Source: Candidatus Hydrogenedentota bacterium
GTDB taxonomy: Bacteria > Hydrogenedentota > Hydrogenedentia > Hydrogenedentales > JAEUWI01
Direction: 5' to 3'
Assembly (NCBI GenBank): GCA_034669905.1
Contig: JAXMOL010000037.1
Span: 12,258 to 76,257 of the forward strand
DNA length: 64,000 nucleotides
The notes beneath the pieces were generated by a model, which searched no databases, was not told the DNA's origin, and saw only the letters and a list, made by a program, of their open reading frames with translations. Positions 56,935 through 64,000 of this stretch are shown in pieces. The position numbers and the translations under genes were made by a program. Within the stretch, counting starts at the first letter, position 1. Each line of letters begins with the position of its first letter.

Positions 56935-57159
56935 CCCGCAGGGACGACATATCGTAGCCCAGGTGTGAGCGAAGCGAACCCTGGGAGCGCTCGAATACAA
57001 ACGATGCCAAACCCCGAAGGGGTGGCATAGCGGTGTTGGGAATTTGCACTGAGTTTTCTGTGCCACTCCTTCGGAGTTCAGTTCTTTGTGGTCCGGTTTA
57101 CCCAGGGTTTCGCTCGTACCTCGCTTCACCGCTGGGCTACGATATGTCGTCCCTACGGG
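56935..57159. repeat. Large inverted repeat (family R3): ~55 bp arms at 56935..56985 and 57100..57159 around a ~115 bp spacer
   Basis: The arms are reverse complements (cccgcagggacgacatatcgtagcccagg..gagcgaagcgaaccctggg vs cccagggtttcgctcg..gctgggctacgatatgtcgtccctacggg). A third arm copy is at 1188..1247. Confidence 0.8.
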
Positions 57160-57342
57160 ACTGATTGTTTTGGTCAGGTACATGCGCAGTTTTACGAATC
57201 GGTGCTGTTACCGGTGACTTTTTTGCTGCGGATCTGCCGGTGGTTGTGGATTGTTCCCTCCGCTGCTCAAAATTAAAATGAACAAGGAAGCCTCTTACTC
57301 GTTAGATAGATAGTCGATTGCCAACCGTTGGAGGACCGCGTG

Positions 57343-58542
57343 ATGAAATATCTTCTCTCCAGTGTGCTCGTACTGACCGGATGCTTTTCCACTGCCCACG
57401 GTCTCTGGGTAGGGCCCGACGACAAGGTGCCCACGGAGCGGCTGCTCGAGAATATGAAGGGCCAGCTGGCGGCCGCGCCTGACGATGCGGATCTCCTGGC
57501 ACGGATAGGCCGGGTCTACAGCCTGCGTTACAGCCTCGGCAATCGGGACGTAAACGTTCGCGTGGAGGGAGACGCGAAAAAGCTCCATCTCTACGAGCAC
57601 GGCCATGGCTATCCCGCCATCCGCCATGGCATCGACGATGGCGACGTGGTGGCGCGCATCGGTGACCTCTACGAGGCCCTGGACTACTACCAACGGGCTT
57701 CCGCGCTCGCGCCCGACACGGACTACATCGCCCTGGGCTTAGGGTATACCTACGACGAGCTGTCCCACGCCGTGGTGGTGCTGGCCAAGCCGTTGGGGCC
57801 GGAGTTCGACGACCTGCGGACCTCCTTGCGCATCGCGTGGGAAGACAAGGCGCTGGGGGCCTATGAAACTACGCTCGGCTCTCGGCCCAAGCTCGAAGGG
57901 GGATTCCTCACGCCGCCCGTGTCCCTGGAAGCGGCCCGCTACATCCAGGAAATCCTGAAGCAACGCGCCCGTGTGTCAAGGGCCCATAAGGCGCTCTTGA
58001 AACGGGCCGATGCCCATGCCCGCGAAGCAGCACGGATGCCCCGGATGGTGACGCCTATCATTTTTTCGCTCACGGACGACCGCCCCATTCATCGGCTCCT
58101 CGCACCCGAGACGACCGTGTCCTTCGACCTCGATGGCACGGAGTCTGGCAAGGAGTGGCCCTGGGTACAGCCCGATACGGTGTTGCTCGTGTGGGACGGC
58201 GATGGAAAACGGGATGTGCCCAGTGGGCGCCAACTCATTGGCTCGGTCACCTGGTGGCTCTTCTGGGAGCATGGCTATGCCGTGTTGGCCGCGCTGGACG
58301 ATGACCGGGATGGCTGGTTGCGGGGCGGGGAACTTACCCACCTGGCCGGCTGGCGCGATGCCAACGGGAATGGCGTTTCTGACGCAGGCGAGGTGTTGCC
58401 CTTAGAGGCGCTGGGCGTGTCGGGACTGGCTGTATCGGTCGCGGGTCACGTGGACGGCATGCCGATGAACCCCGTGGGCGTGGCCCTGTCCGACGGCCGA
58501 CACCTGCCCAGCTATGACTGGATCGTGGCGCCGGTGGAGTAG
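57343..58542 (+). CDS. Hypothetical lipoprotein with TPR-like N-terminal helices and C-terminal EF-hand/dockerin-like Ca-binding loops
   Basis: Lipobox VLTGC. DDDRDGWLRGGEL and DANGNGVSDAGEV loops fit the D-x-[DN]-x-[DN]-G-x-[ILV]-x-x-x-[DE] pattern. Confidence 0.55.
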   Translation: MKYLLSSVLVLTGCFSTAHGLWVGPDDKVPTERLLENMKGQLAAAPDDADLLARIGRVYSLRYSLGNRDVNVRVEGDAKKLHLYEHGHGYPAIRHGIDDGDVVARIGDLYEALDYYQRASALAPDTDYIALGLGYTYDELSHAVVVLAKPLGPEFDDLRTSLRIAWEDKALGAYETTLGSRPKLEGGFLTPPVSLEAARYIQEILKQRARVSRAHKALLKRADAHAREAARMPRMVTPIIFSLTDDRPIHRLLAPETTVSFDLDGTESGKEWPWVQPDTVLLVWDGDGKRDVPSGRQLIGSVTWWLFWEHGYAVLAALDDDRDGWLRGGELTHLAGWRDANGNGVSDAGEVLPLEALGVSGLAVSVAGHVDGMPMNPVGVALSDGRHLPSYDWIVAPVE

Positions 58543-59113
58543 GTCATCCGTCCCACGACCGGGTGATGGGTCAATCGTCTAGGTGGTGCTGTATTTGAAT
58601 GATCCGGTTGCCGACCACGTGACGCCAAGATGTCGCCGTTCGTACCAGGTGGTACCGCGAAAACATGTTGCGGGCTTTCAGCCCTGTGATAACAGCGCCC
58701 TGTTTACCCAGGCCTTCAGCCTGGGCTGGTATGTGGCCGCGCCGTTGGCGCTCACAGGGTTGGCAACAGGCGGATTGGGAGTATCTCATAAGGCCGAAGG
58801 CCTGTAAACATACCAGCATGGGCCAACGGCCCATGAACCGGCGTCATACAAGGATTCAAGGGCTGAAGGTCCGCCCCCTATCTTGTACTTCTCGGTCATG
58901 CTCGCTGGTTTCAAATTTCACACCGGGCGGTAGTAGGAGAGCAGGACTTTCAGAAGCCGAGACGGGCGAAAGAACCGGTGACAGAAGAACCCTGCCGCGT
59001 GTGCCAAAATCTACGCGACCCTTGCTGCGGCGTGCTCTCAAGCCCATTGTATTCTGTCTCGTTCAGGCATTGGCTCCGTCACCACTCAAGTTCCTCAATG
59101 CCAATTCATACCA

Positions 59114-59359
59114 TTAGAATGAACTGTCTATCTGCCATGGCCGTTGGAAAAAGTGCGACCGACTCACGTGCGGCGTCTCAACCGTGCGGGCGGCACGTGG
59201 TCTCCGGGTTCTTTTGAAGGCCTTGATCTCTGCCAGGGCTTTTCGGCTGCAATCCGGGCAATAGGTGTGGCTTGCCTCATTGTCGATGTGTAACGCGGGC
59301 TGCCAGGTGCCATCGCGTTTCGTTCGTTTACAGACACAACATTGAACTTTCATCGCCAT
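59114..59359 (-). CDS. Small hypothetical zinc-ribbon protein (CxxC-x20-CxxC)
   Basis: MAMKVQCCVCKRTKRDGTWQPALHIDNEASHTYCPDCSRK... The track start at 59362 is GTG; the ATG at 59359 is used. Lies in an AT-shifted gap, so it may be spurious. Confidence 0.35.
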   Translation of the reverse strand: MAMKVQCCVCKRTKRDGTWQPALHIDNEASHTYCPDCSRKALAEIKAFKRTRRPRAARTVETPHVSRSHFFQRPWQIDSSF

Positions 59360-59514
59360 CACTCCCTTCTACGCTTCGAGCCGTTTTCGCCTTCGCACCC
59401 AGTGTGCCCCAGTTAAATGACAGTAACCCGGCCGTGAACATGACAAAGTTGTAATGTGGCAATTGGTGTCGGGCTATGGGAGGGTGATACGGTAGGGTTA
59501 ATGGGAATTATGGT

Positions 59515-60963
59515 GTGATGACTGATCATGAGCTACTCCGTGCACTGACCCTGCCGCTGGACGAGGATTCGCCCTGGCAGTGCCACAATCTGAAGCCTTC
59601 GGCGACGGCCGACGGCGATGTGTTGTCCTTTCAGGTGCAGAATTCATCGGTAAACGGCCACCTGGATTGCACCATCACTGGCGGAGATTGGGCCGGAGGG
59701 CGGTTGTCTGTCACCGTTCCGCTATGGGCCGATGAATCCGGACCGGTGGGGGTAAACGTCTATCTCCACCACAACCCGGATGACCCCTCCGATCGAAAGG
59801 TCTATCAACTCCATCATCCCGGCGATGGGGCCTGGCATACCTTGCACCGGGATATCCTGTGTCCCGCCCAGCCCCTGGCCGAAATACGACTGCTCATCGT
59901 GGCCCGTGTCGGGGCGTCGGGCTTTCGCATCGCCGAGCCATCCCTCTGTTTCCGGGACTACGATGGGGATGACCACGGCGCGCTGCTCCAGCACAATCAG
60001 ATTTCACAGGCCTATTTCGAGGCGGTGGAAGCCCTGGTAGATGTCCACCCGTCTGCCGGTGATCCGGCCTTTCGGGAAAAACTCACGGGGTACCTGCTGG
60101 GCACCAACCGCAACGGGATGGCCCATGTGGCGATGGTGGCGGAAGGGCTACGCGTCGAAGATCGGGGCCTCGAAGGCGGTCGCTTCCTCGACTTGGGCAG
60201 TGGTTCGGGAGGCTCGTTGGTGGCAGCGCTGACGGCCGGAGCGGCCTACGCCGAAGGCTGGGAGATCAATGCCGATAAACGGCGACTGGCCGAGGTCAAT
60301 GTGCGCACCTGTGGTGTGGATTCGAATCGGGTTTCCGTGCGGGATGAGAACATGGAAAATCCGGAGGCAGCAGCCGATCCCGCCGAAGCCTTCGATCTGG
60401 TATTTTGCGAGGAAGTGTTGGAGCATGTGAAAGACCTCGACGGGGCCTTTGCGACCTTGTCCCGGTGTATTCGCCCGGAAGGGGGTGTGGGCTATGTGAC
60501 CATTCCCAATGGTTTTGCCCTGTCCAGTGTATACTCCGATCCGCACCTGCAGCTCTTTGGCATCGCCCTCCTCGATCGTTTTGAAGCCCAGCCCCTGGCG
60601 ACGGCCCTGAAGAATCACACCCACTACAGCGACATGATGGGAACGTACTGCCGCTTCGGGGAGTACGTGAGACGTTTCGAAGAGGTGGGGCTTACGGTGG
60701 AATCGGTGGAGGAGAGCGACGGGTCGGTGGAAGGGTGGCGGGAACAGCTGGCTGACCTGGAAGTGCGCCGGGCCACGTTGCGCCAGGAATGGGGTGATCG
60801 GGTAGACGGTGACACGCTGACGTTGCTGGAGGGGCGGCTTGATGGGTATCTCCAAACAGCCTGGAGACGCCTCGAAGGGGTGGGGGACTCGACCGATGCG
60901 CGGGTAGCCTTCGCGCGGGACTATGGGCAAGGGCATTTTTCCTTTTTAGTTCGCCATCGGTAG
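59515..60963 (+). CDS. Two-domain protein: N-terminal beta-rich domain of unknown function plus C-terminal class I SAM-dependent methyltransferase
   Basis: Motif I LDLGSGSGG, acidic motif II, and motif III (FDLVFCEEVLEHV, IRPEGGVGYV). Confidence 0.65.
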   Translation: MMTDHELLRALTLPLDEDSPWQCHNLKPSATADGDVLSFQVQNSSVNGHLDCTITGGDWAGGRLSVTVPLWADESGPVGVNVYLHHNPDDPSDRKVYQLHHPGDGAWHTLHRDILCPAQPLAEIRLLIVARVGASGFRIAEPSLCFRDYDGDDHGALLQHNQISQAYFEAVEALVDVHPSAGDPAFREKLTGYLLGTNRNGMAHVAMVAEGLRVEDRGLEGGRFLDLGSGSGGSLVAALTAGAAYAEGWEINADKRRLAEVNVRTCGVDSNRVSVRDENMENPEAAADPAEAFDLVFCEEVLEHVKDLDGAFATLSRCIRPEGGVGYVTIPNGFALSSVYSDPHLQLFGIALLDRFEAQPLATALKNHTHYSDMMGTYCRFGEYVRRFEEVGLTVESVEESDGSVEGWREQLADLEVRRATLRQEWGDRVDGDTLTLLEGRLDGYLQTAWRRLEGVGDSTDARVAFARDYGQGHFSFLVRHR

Positions 60964-61039
60964 GGGCTTGACAAGAATCCTGCCAACCGTGCCGCGCGAT
61001 CCGGTATCTCCGCATCGTGCGCTAGGAGAGGCGATGACA

Positions 61040-61360
61040 GCCGAAACCGGCCGTTGGTGCATAGTCAGGGGTCACGTGTCTTGAGGCGGGGAGCAAGCTC
61101 CCCGAATCAGGGTAGCAGCAAGCTGCCACACTCCAAGGAGTGGCTTGTTGTAAGGGTGGGGATTCTTTGGAGTGCGTAAGCTTGCTTACGCTTTTCTTGA
61201 GCAAGCTTGCTTGCGGGATGTATGGAGGTGACGTGCCCCTGCCTGGCCGTTGGTGCATAGACCGGGGGCACTTTTCCTGGGGCGGGGAGCAAGCTCCCCG
61301 AATAAGGGTAGCAGCAAGCGGCCACACTCCAGGGAGTGGCTTGTTGTAAGGGTGGGGCGT
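61040..61360. repeat. Repeat family R6, copy 2: two ~120 bp direct repeats (61040..61165 and 61240..61360) flanking a central palindromic block (61170..61215)
   Basis: Units begin ggccgttggtgcatag and contain ggggagcaagctccccgaat.agggtagcagcaagc.gccacactcca.ggagtggcttgttgtaagggtgggg. The centre is gcgtaagcttgcttacgc...gagcaagcttgcttgc. Confidence 0.8.
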
Positions 61361-61475
61361 CGTTCAACACCGCCACGGCGCGTCGTCTCTCCTGTTTATC
61401 GTTGAACCAACCCCCGCCATATGCCACCATGGTCCTTTCTGTCGTCCCATGTCCCACGTCTCAGAAGGTATTCCC

Positions 61476-64000
61476 ATGACGCAACGCATCCTTTTCCCCC
61501 TGATGGCCTTCCTCGCCATGGCTCCCCTTGCCCTCGCCCAAAGTCTCCACGGTATCCCCCTTAAACCCGACCCGCCCATTGCCGTCGATGGCGAACTCGG
61601 CGACTGGTCTGGCGTGCCCAACACCCTCGTGCTTAATCAACCCGCGCAGGTAGTCTTCGGGAAGGGCTCGTGGACCGACGCGGACGACATGAGCGGCGTG
61701 GTCCAATTGGCCTGGCGGGCCGAGTATCTCTTCCTCGCCGCCACGGTGACGGACGACGCCATCGCCCAGGCCCAGCGGGGGGCGGGCATCTGGCAGGGGG
61801 ACCACGTGGAACTCTATATCGACGTCCAGCCCGATGCCGCGCCCGAGAGGGAAGCCTTTGGGGACGGTCAATTTCAACTGGCCCTGAGCCCGGGAAACTT
61901 CGGCACGACCGGCGATGCCCTGGCCGATACGGCGCCGGAGGCCCTCTTCTTCAAGCCTTCGGGTCATCCCGTGACGGGTGTGCTCGTGGCTTCGACGAAG
62001 ACCGCAAACGGTTGGGTCCTGGAAGCGGCCATCCCCTGGACCGTCCTTGGCGTGACGCCCGAAGCCAACCTGCCCCTCGCCATCGAAGTGGGCTTGAGCG
62101 ATACGGACAACGTGGAGCCGAAACAAGAGTCCATGCTCACGTCGGACACGGCCGCCTGGGCCCATGAGCGGAGTCGCCTACGCCCCATGGCGCTGGCCGG
62201 CGCCGATGGCGTGGCGATAGCGCAAGCGACCCGCTTCCCGCTCTTTGATGCCGTGGAGCTGGCCCTCGCAGAAAGCACGGAGCAGACCTTTGAAGCGGCG
62301 CCCCTGCCCGAAGGGCGACAGGCCGTGCTCCGCCTCATGGCGCGGATGGATACCCCCAAGGTGGCGGGCTACACCCAGGCCTTGCGGCTGGAGTTCAACG
62401 GACAGCGGCTTACCGGTGACCGGCTCTTGAACAAGAAGCTCCGCCAGCATTCCCGGGGCGGCCAGGTGTACACCATGTATGCCTCAGACCGTATGTCCAC
62501 CTACTACAGTCCCGATTTCGAAGCGCCCAACCACGACGGCCACTATGGTCTTCTCGATGACGTGGTGCCCTGCTTGTTCGAGTTCGACATCACGGACTTG
62601 CTGGTGGAAGGGACCAACTCCCTGAAGGTGGAAAACGCTGTCGACGACCGGGTGACGAATCCCCTTCATGCCGGCCAGGCCGAATTGGTCTATCAGGTGC
62701 CCGCCGTGGCGGCGAAGGCCAAAGCGCCCGCGCCCACGGGGCCCATCCCCACGATTAGGCCCCGCCACGATCTGCGCACGGCGTACACGGTGGAGCAGCA
62801 ACCCGACGCAAAGATTGCCCTCCAGTTTGGCGACACGTCTGTGGTGGTGGAGAGCCGTTTTTCCACACCCGCGCCCGCGTGGGTCCATGGCAGCAACGAC
62901 TACTTCCGCCACAGTCGCCGTATCGAAGCACTGGCGGAAGGGGTGGTGGTCTATGACACCTTCACTAATCGGACCGAAGAAAATCTCGGCATTATGCACC
63001 GCCACCAGGCCAATCTGGGCGACCAGGTGAAGAAGCTCTGGATCGCCGGTCTCGAGCAAACGAGCCGCAGTGGCCGCGCCAGTACGCCCGCGAACTGCAC
63101 GACCTTTGCGGCGTCGGATAACTGGGGCCTCGGCTTCATTGCCTCCGACGATGTCTTCCGGGTGCACAGCAATAACTACGGCGTCGAGGGTTCGGTCGGC
63201 GTGGCGGACAACAACCTCGTGTTGCCACCAGGGGCCACCTACACGGCCGAGTGGATTATCGTGCCCGTGGAACAGCCGGACTACTACCGCTTCATTAATT
63301 CGGCCCGGCGCATGATGGGGTCCAACTTCCTCATCGATGGCGGCTTTGCCTTCCTGCGGGCGGGCCCCCTGACCGAGGCCTGGAGCGACGACCAGATGAC
63401 CCGCTTCCTGGAATACAAGAATCCCAAGTATATCTGCGCCACCATTCATGCCAGTTACAAGGGACGCTACAGCCACGGCACGGCATTCCAACAGGTGGAC
63501 CACGAGCGCTATCCCGTGGCCTTCGAACGGTGGAAACGCCTCTATCCCGAAGGGGAGTCCATGGTGTATTTCCACTGCTTCCTGGACACGACGGACGAAG
63601 GAGAGACCCTTTTCCACGACGCCCGGACCCTCAAGGCCGATGGCAGCCAGGCCAACTACGGCAAAGAGACCCAGCGCCTCTACCTGCCCATGACGGACAA
63701 CACCTATGGCGCGGCCATTCGGAAGAACGTGGATATTATCCTCGATAAATTGGGTGCCGATGGCGTCTATTGGGACGAGCACCAATACAGCAACGTCCAA
63801 TATCACTATGGCGAGCCCTGGGATAGCGTCAGCGGGGACATCGATCCCACGACCATGACTATACGGGGGCTGAAATCTTCCGTGACCTTGCTGACGGAAG
63901 ACTGGCGTGTGCGCCTCGCGAAATACTTCCAGTCCCGCGGTCCCCTGGTGGGCAACGGGTCGCCCTATACCCGCGCCATGGCGGAGCTGAATTTCCCCTG
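61476..64000 (+). CDS. Large secreted hypothetical protein (>840 aa, 3' end beyond the window) with an N-terminal carbohydrate-binding-module-like (CBM9-like) region
   Basis: Hand translation from the ATG at 61476 shows no stop codon through position 64000. Signal peptide MTQRILFPLMAFLAMAPLALAQS. GC3-rich codon usage. Absent from the supplied track, presumably because it has no in-window stop. The track's antisense ORFs 61461..62165 and 62484..63806 are rejected. Confidence 0.7.
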   Translation, partial: MTQRILFPLMAFLAMAPLALAQSLHGIPLKPDPPIAVDGELGDWSGVPNTLVLNQPAQVVFGKGSWTDADDMSGVVQLAWRAEYLFLAATVTDDAIAQAQRGAGIWQGDHVELYIDVQPDAAPEREAFGDGQFQLALSPGNFGTTGDALADTAPEALFFKPSGHPVTGVLVASTKTANGWVLEAAIPWTVLGVTPEANLPLAIEVGLSDTDNVEPKQESMLTSDTAAWAHERSRLRPMALAGADGVAIAQATRFPLFDAVELALAESTEQTFEAAPLPEGRQAVLRLMARMDTPKVAGYTQALRLEFNGQRLTGDRLLNKKLRQHSRGGQVYTMYASDRMSTYYSPDFEAPNHDGHYGLLDDVVPCLFEFDITDLLVEGTNSLKVENAVDDRVTNPLHAGQAELVYQVPAVAAKAKAPAPTGPIPTIRPRHDLRTAYTVEQQPDAKIALQFGDTSVVVESRFSTPAPAWVHGSNDYFRHSRRIEALAEGVVVYDTFTNRTEENLGIMHRHQANLGDQVKKLWIAGLEQTSRSGRASTPANCTTFAASDNWGLGFIASDDVFRVHSNNYGVEGSVGVADNNLVLPPGATYTAEWIIVPVEQPDYYRFINSARRMMGSNFLIDGGFAFLRAGPLTEAWSDDQMTRFLEYKNPKYICATIHASYKGRYSHGTAFQQVDHERYPVAFERWKRLYPEGESMVYFHCFLDTTDEGETLFHDARTLKADGSQANYGKETQRLYLPMTDNTYGAAIRKNVDIILDKLGADGVYWDEHQYSNVQYHYGEPWDSVSGDIDPTTMTIRGLKSSVTLLTEDWRVRLAKYFQSRGPLVGNGSPYTRAMAELNFP

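Noticed and set aside
1-64000. tRNA, rRNA and CRISPR arrays
   Set aside because: I scanned for T-loop motifs (GGTTCGAATCC/GGTTCAAATCC variants), rRNA signatures and regularly spaced identical repeats with unique spacers. None were found. The repeats that are present are palindromic and dispersed, not arrayed.

Overview
This 64 kb window is high-GC bacterial chromosome, roughly 63-68% GC by spot counts, with a few patches that drop to 40-55%. It is densely coding on both strands: about 45 protein genes, and no rRNA, tRNA or CRISPR that I could detect by eye. Housekeeping genes (rpsD, purA, mfd, ftsA, transketolase, a thrC-like threonine synthase, a GlgP-type alpha-glucan phosphorylase, an MsbA-like ABC exporter) sit among a secreted carbohydrate and sulfated-glycan toolkit. 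That toolkit includes a Tat-signal sulfatase with the CxPxR motif, a heparinase II/III-like protein, a BNR sialidase-like propeller, a CE15 glucuronoyl esterase, aldose 1-epimerase, a glycerophosphodiester phosphodiesterase with CUT1-type ABC permeases, and a nucleoside hydrolase. There is also a pseudopilin-type (prepilin N-methylation) protein and two tandem standalone cNMP-binding proteins. The gene content (pseudopilin, many sulfatase and lyase-like exported proteins, FtsA present) suggests a PVC-superphylum-like organism (Verrucomicrobiota/Kiritimatiellota-like); this is inference only. The most striking non-genic signal is repeat richness. At least six families of short dispersed intergenic repeats (palindromic MITE/REP-like elements, 50-170 bp, 2-4 copies each) occur in the window. 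One composite cluster is inserted between the two permease genes of an ABC operon, and one ~165 bp direct-repeat pair flanks a slightly AT-shifted hypothetical gene. Other points are a strongly SD-driven 30-codon Phe/Trp-rich ORF upstream of the thrC-like gene, triple ACGAAT direct repeats at 10 bp phasing upstream of two compositionally atypical hypothetical genes, an orphan ftsA co-oriented with a 630-aa acidic coiled-coil protein, and a long secreted-protein ORF (61476 to the window end) that is absent from the supplied ORF track because it has no stop codon inside the window. Many of the large ORFs in the six-frame track are antisense shadows of real genes, which is typical of GC-rich DNA, and were not called. 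I found no clear multi-gene novel system such as a defence island; the findings are individual oddities rather than one system.
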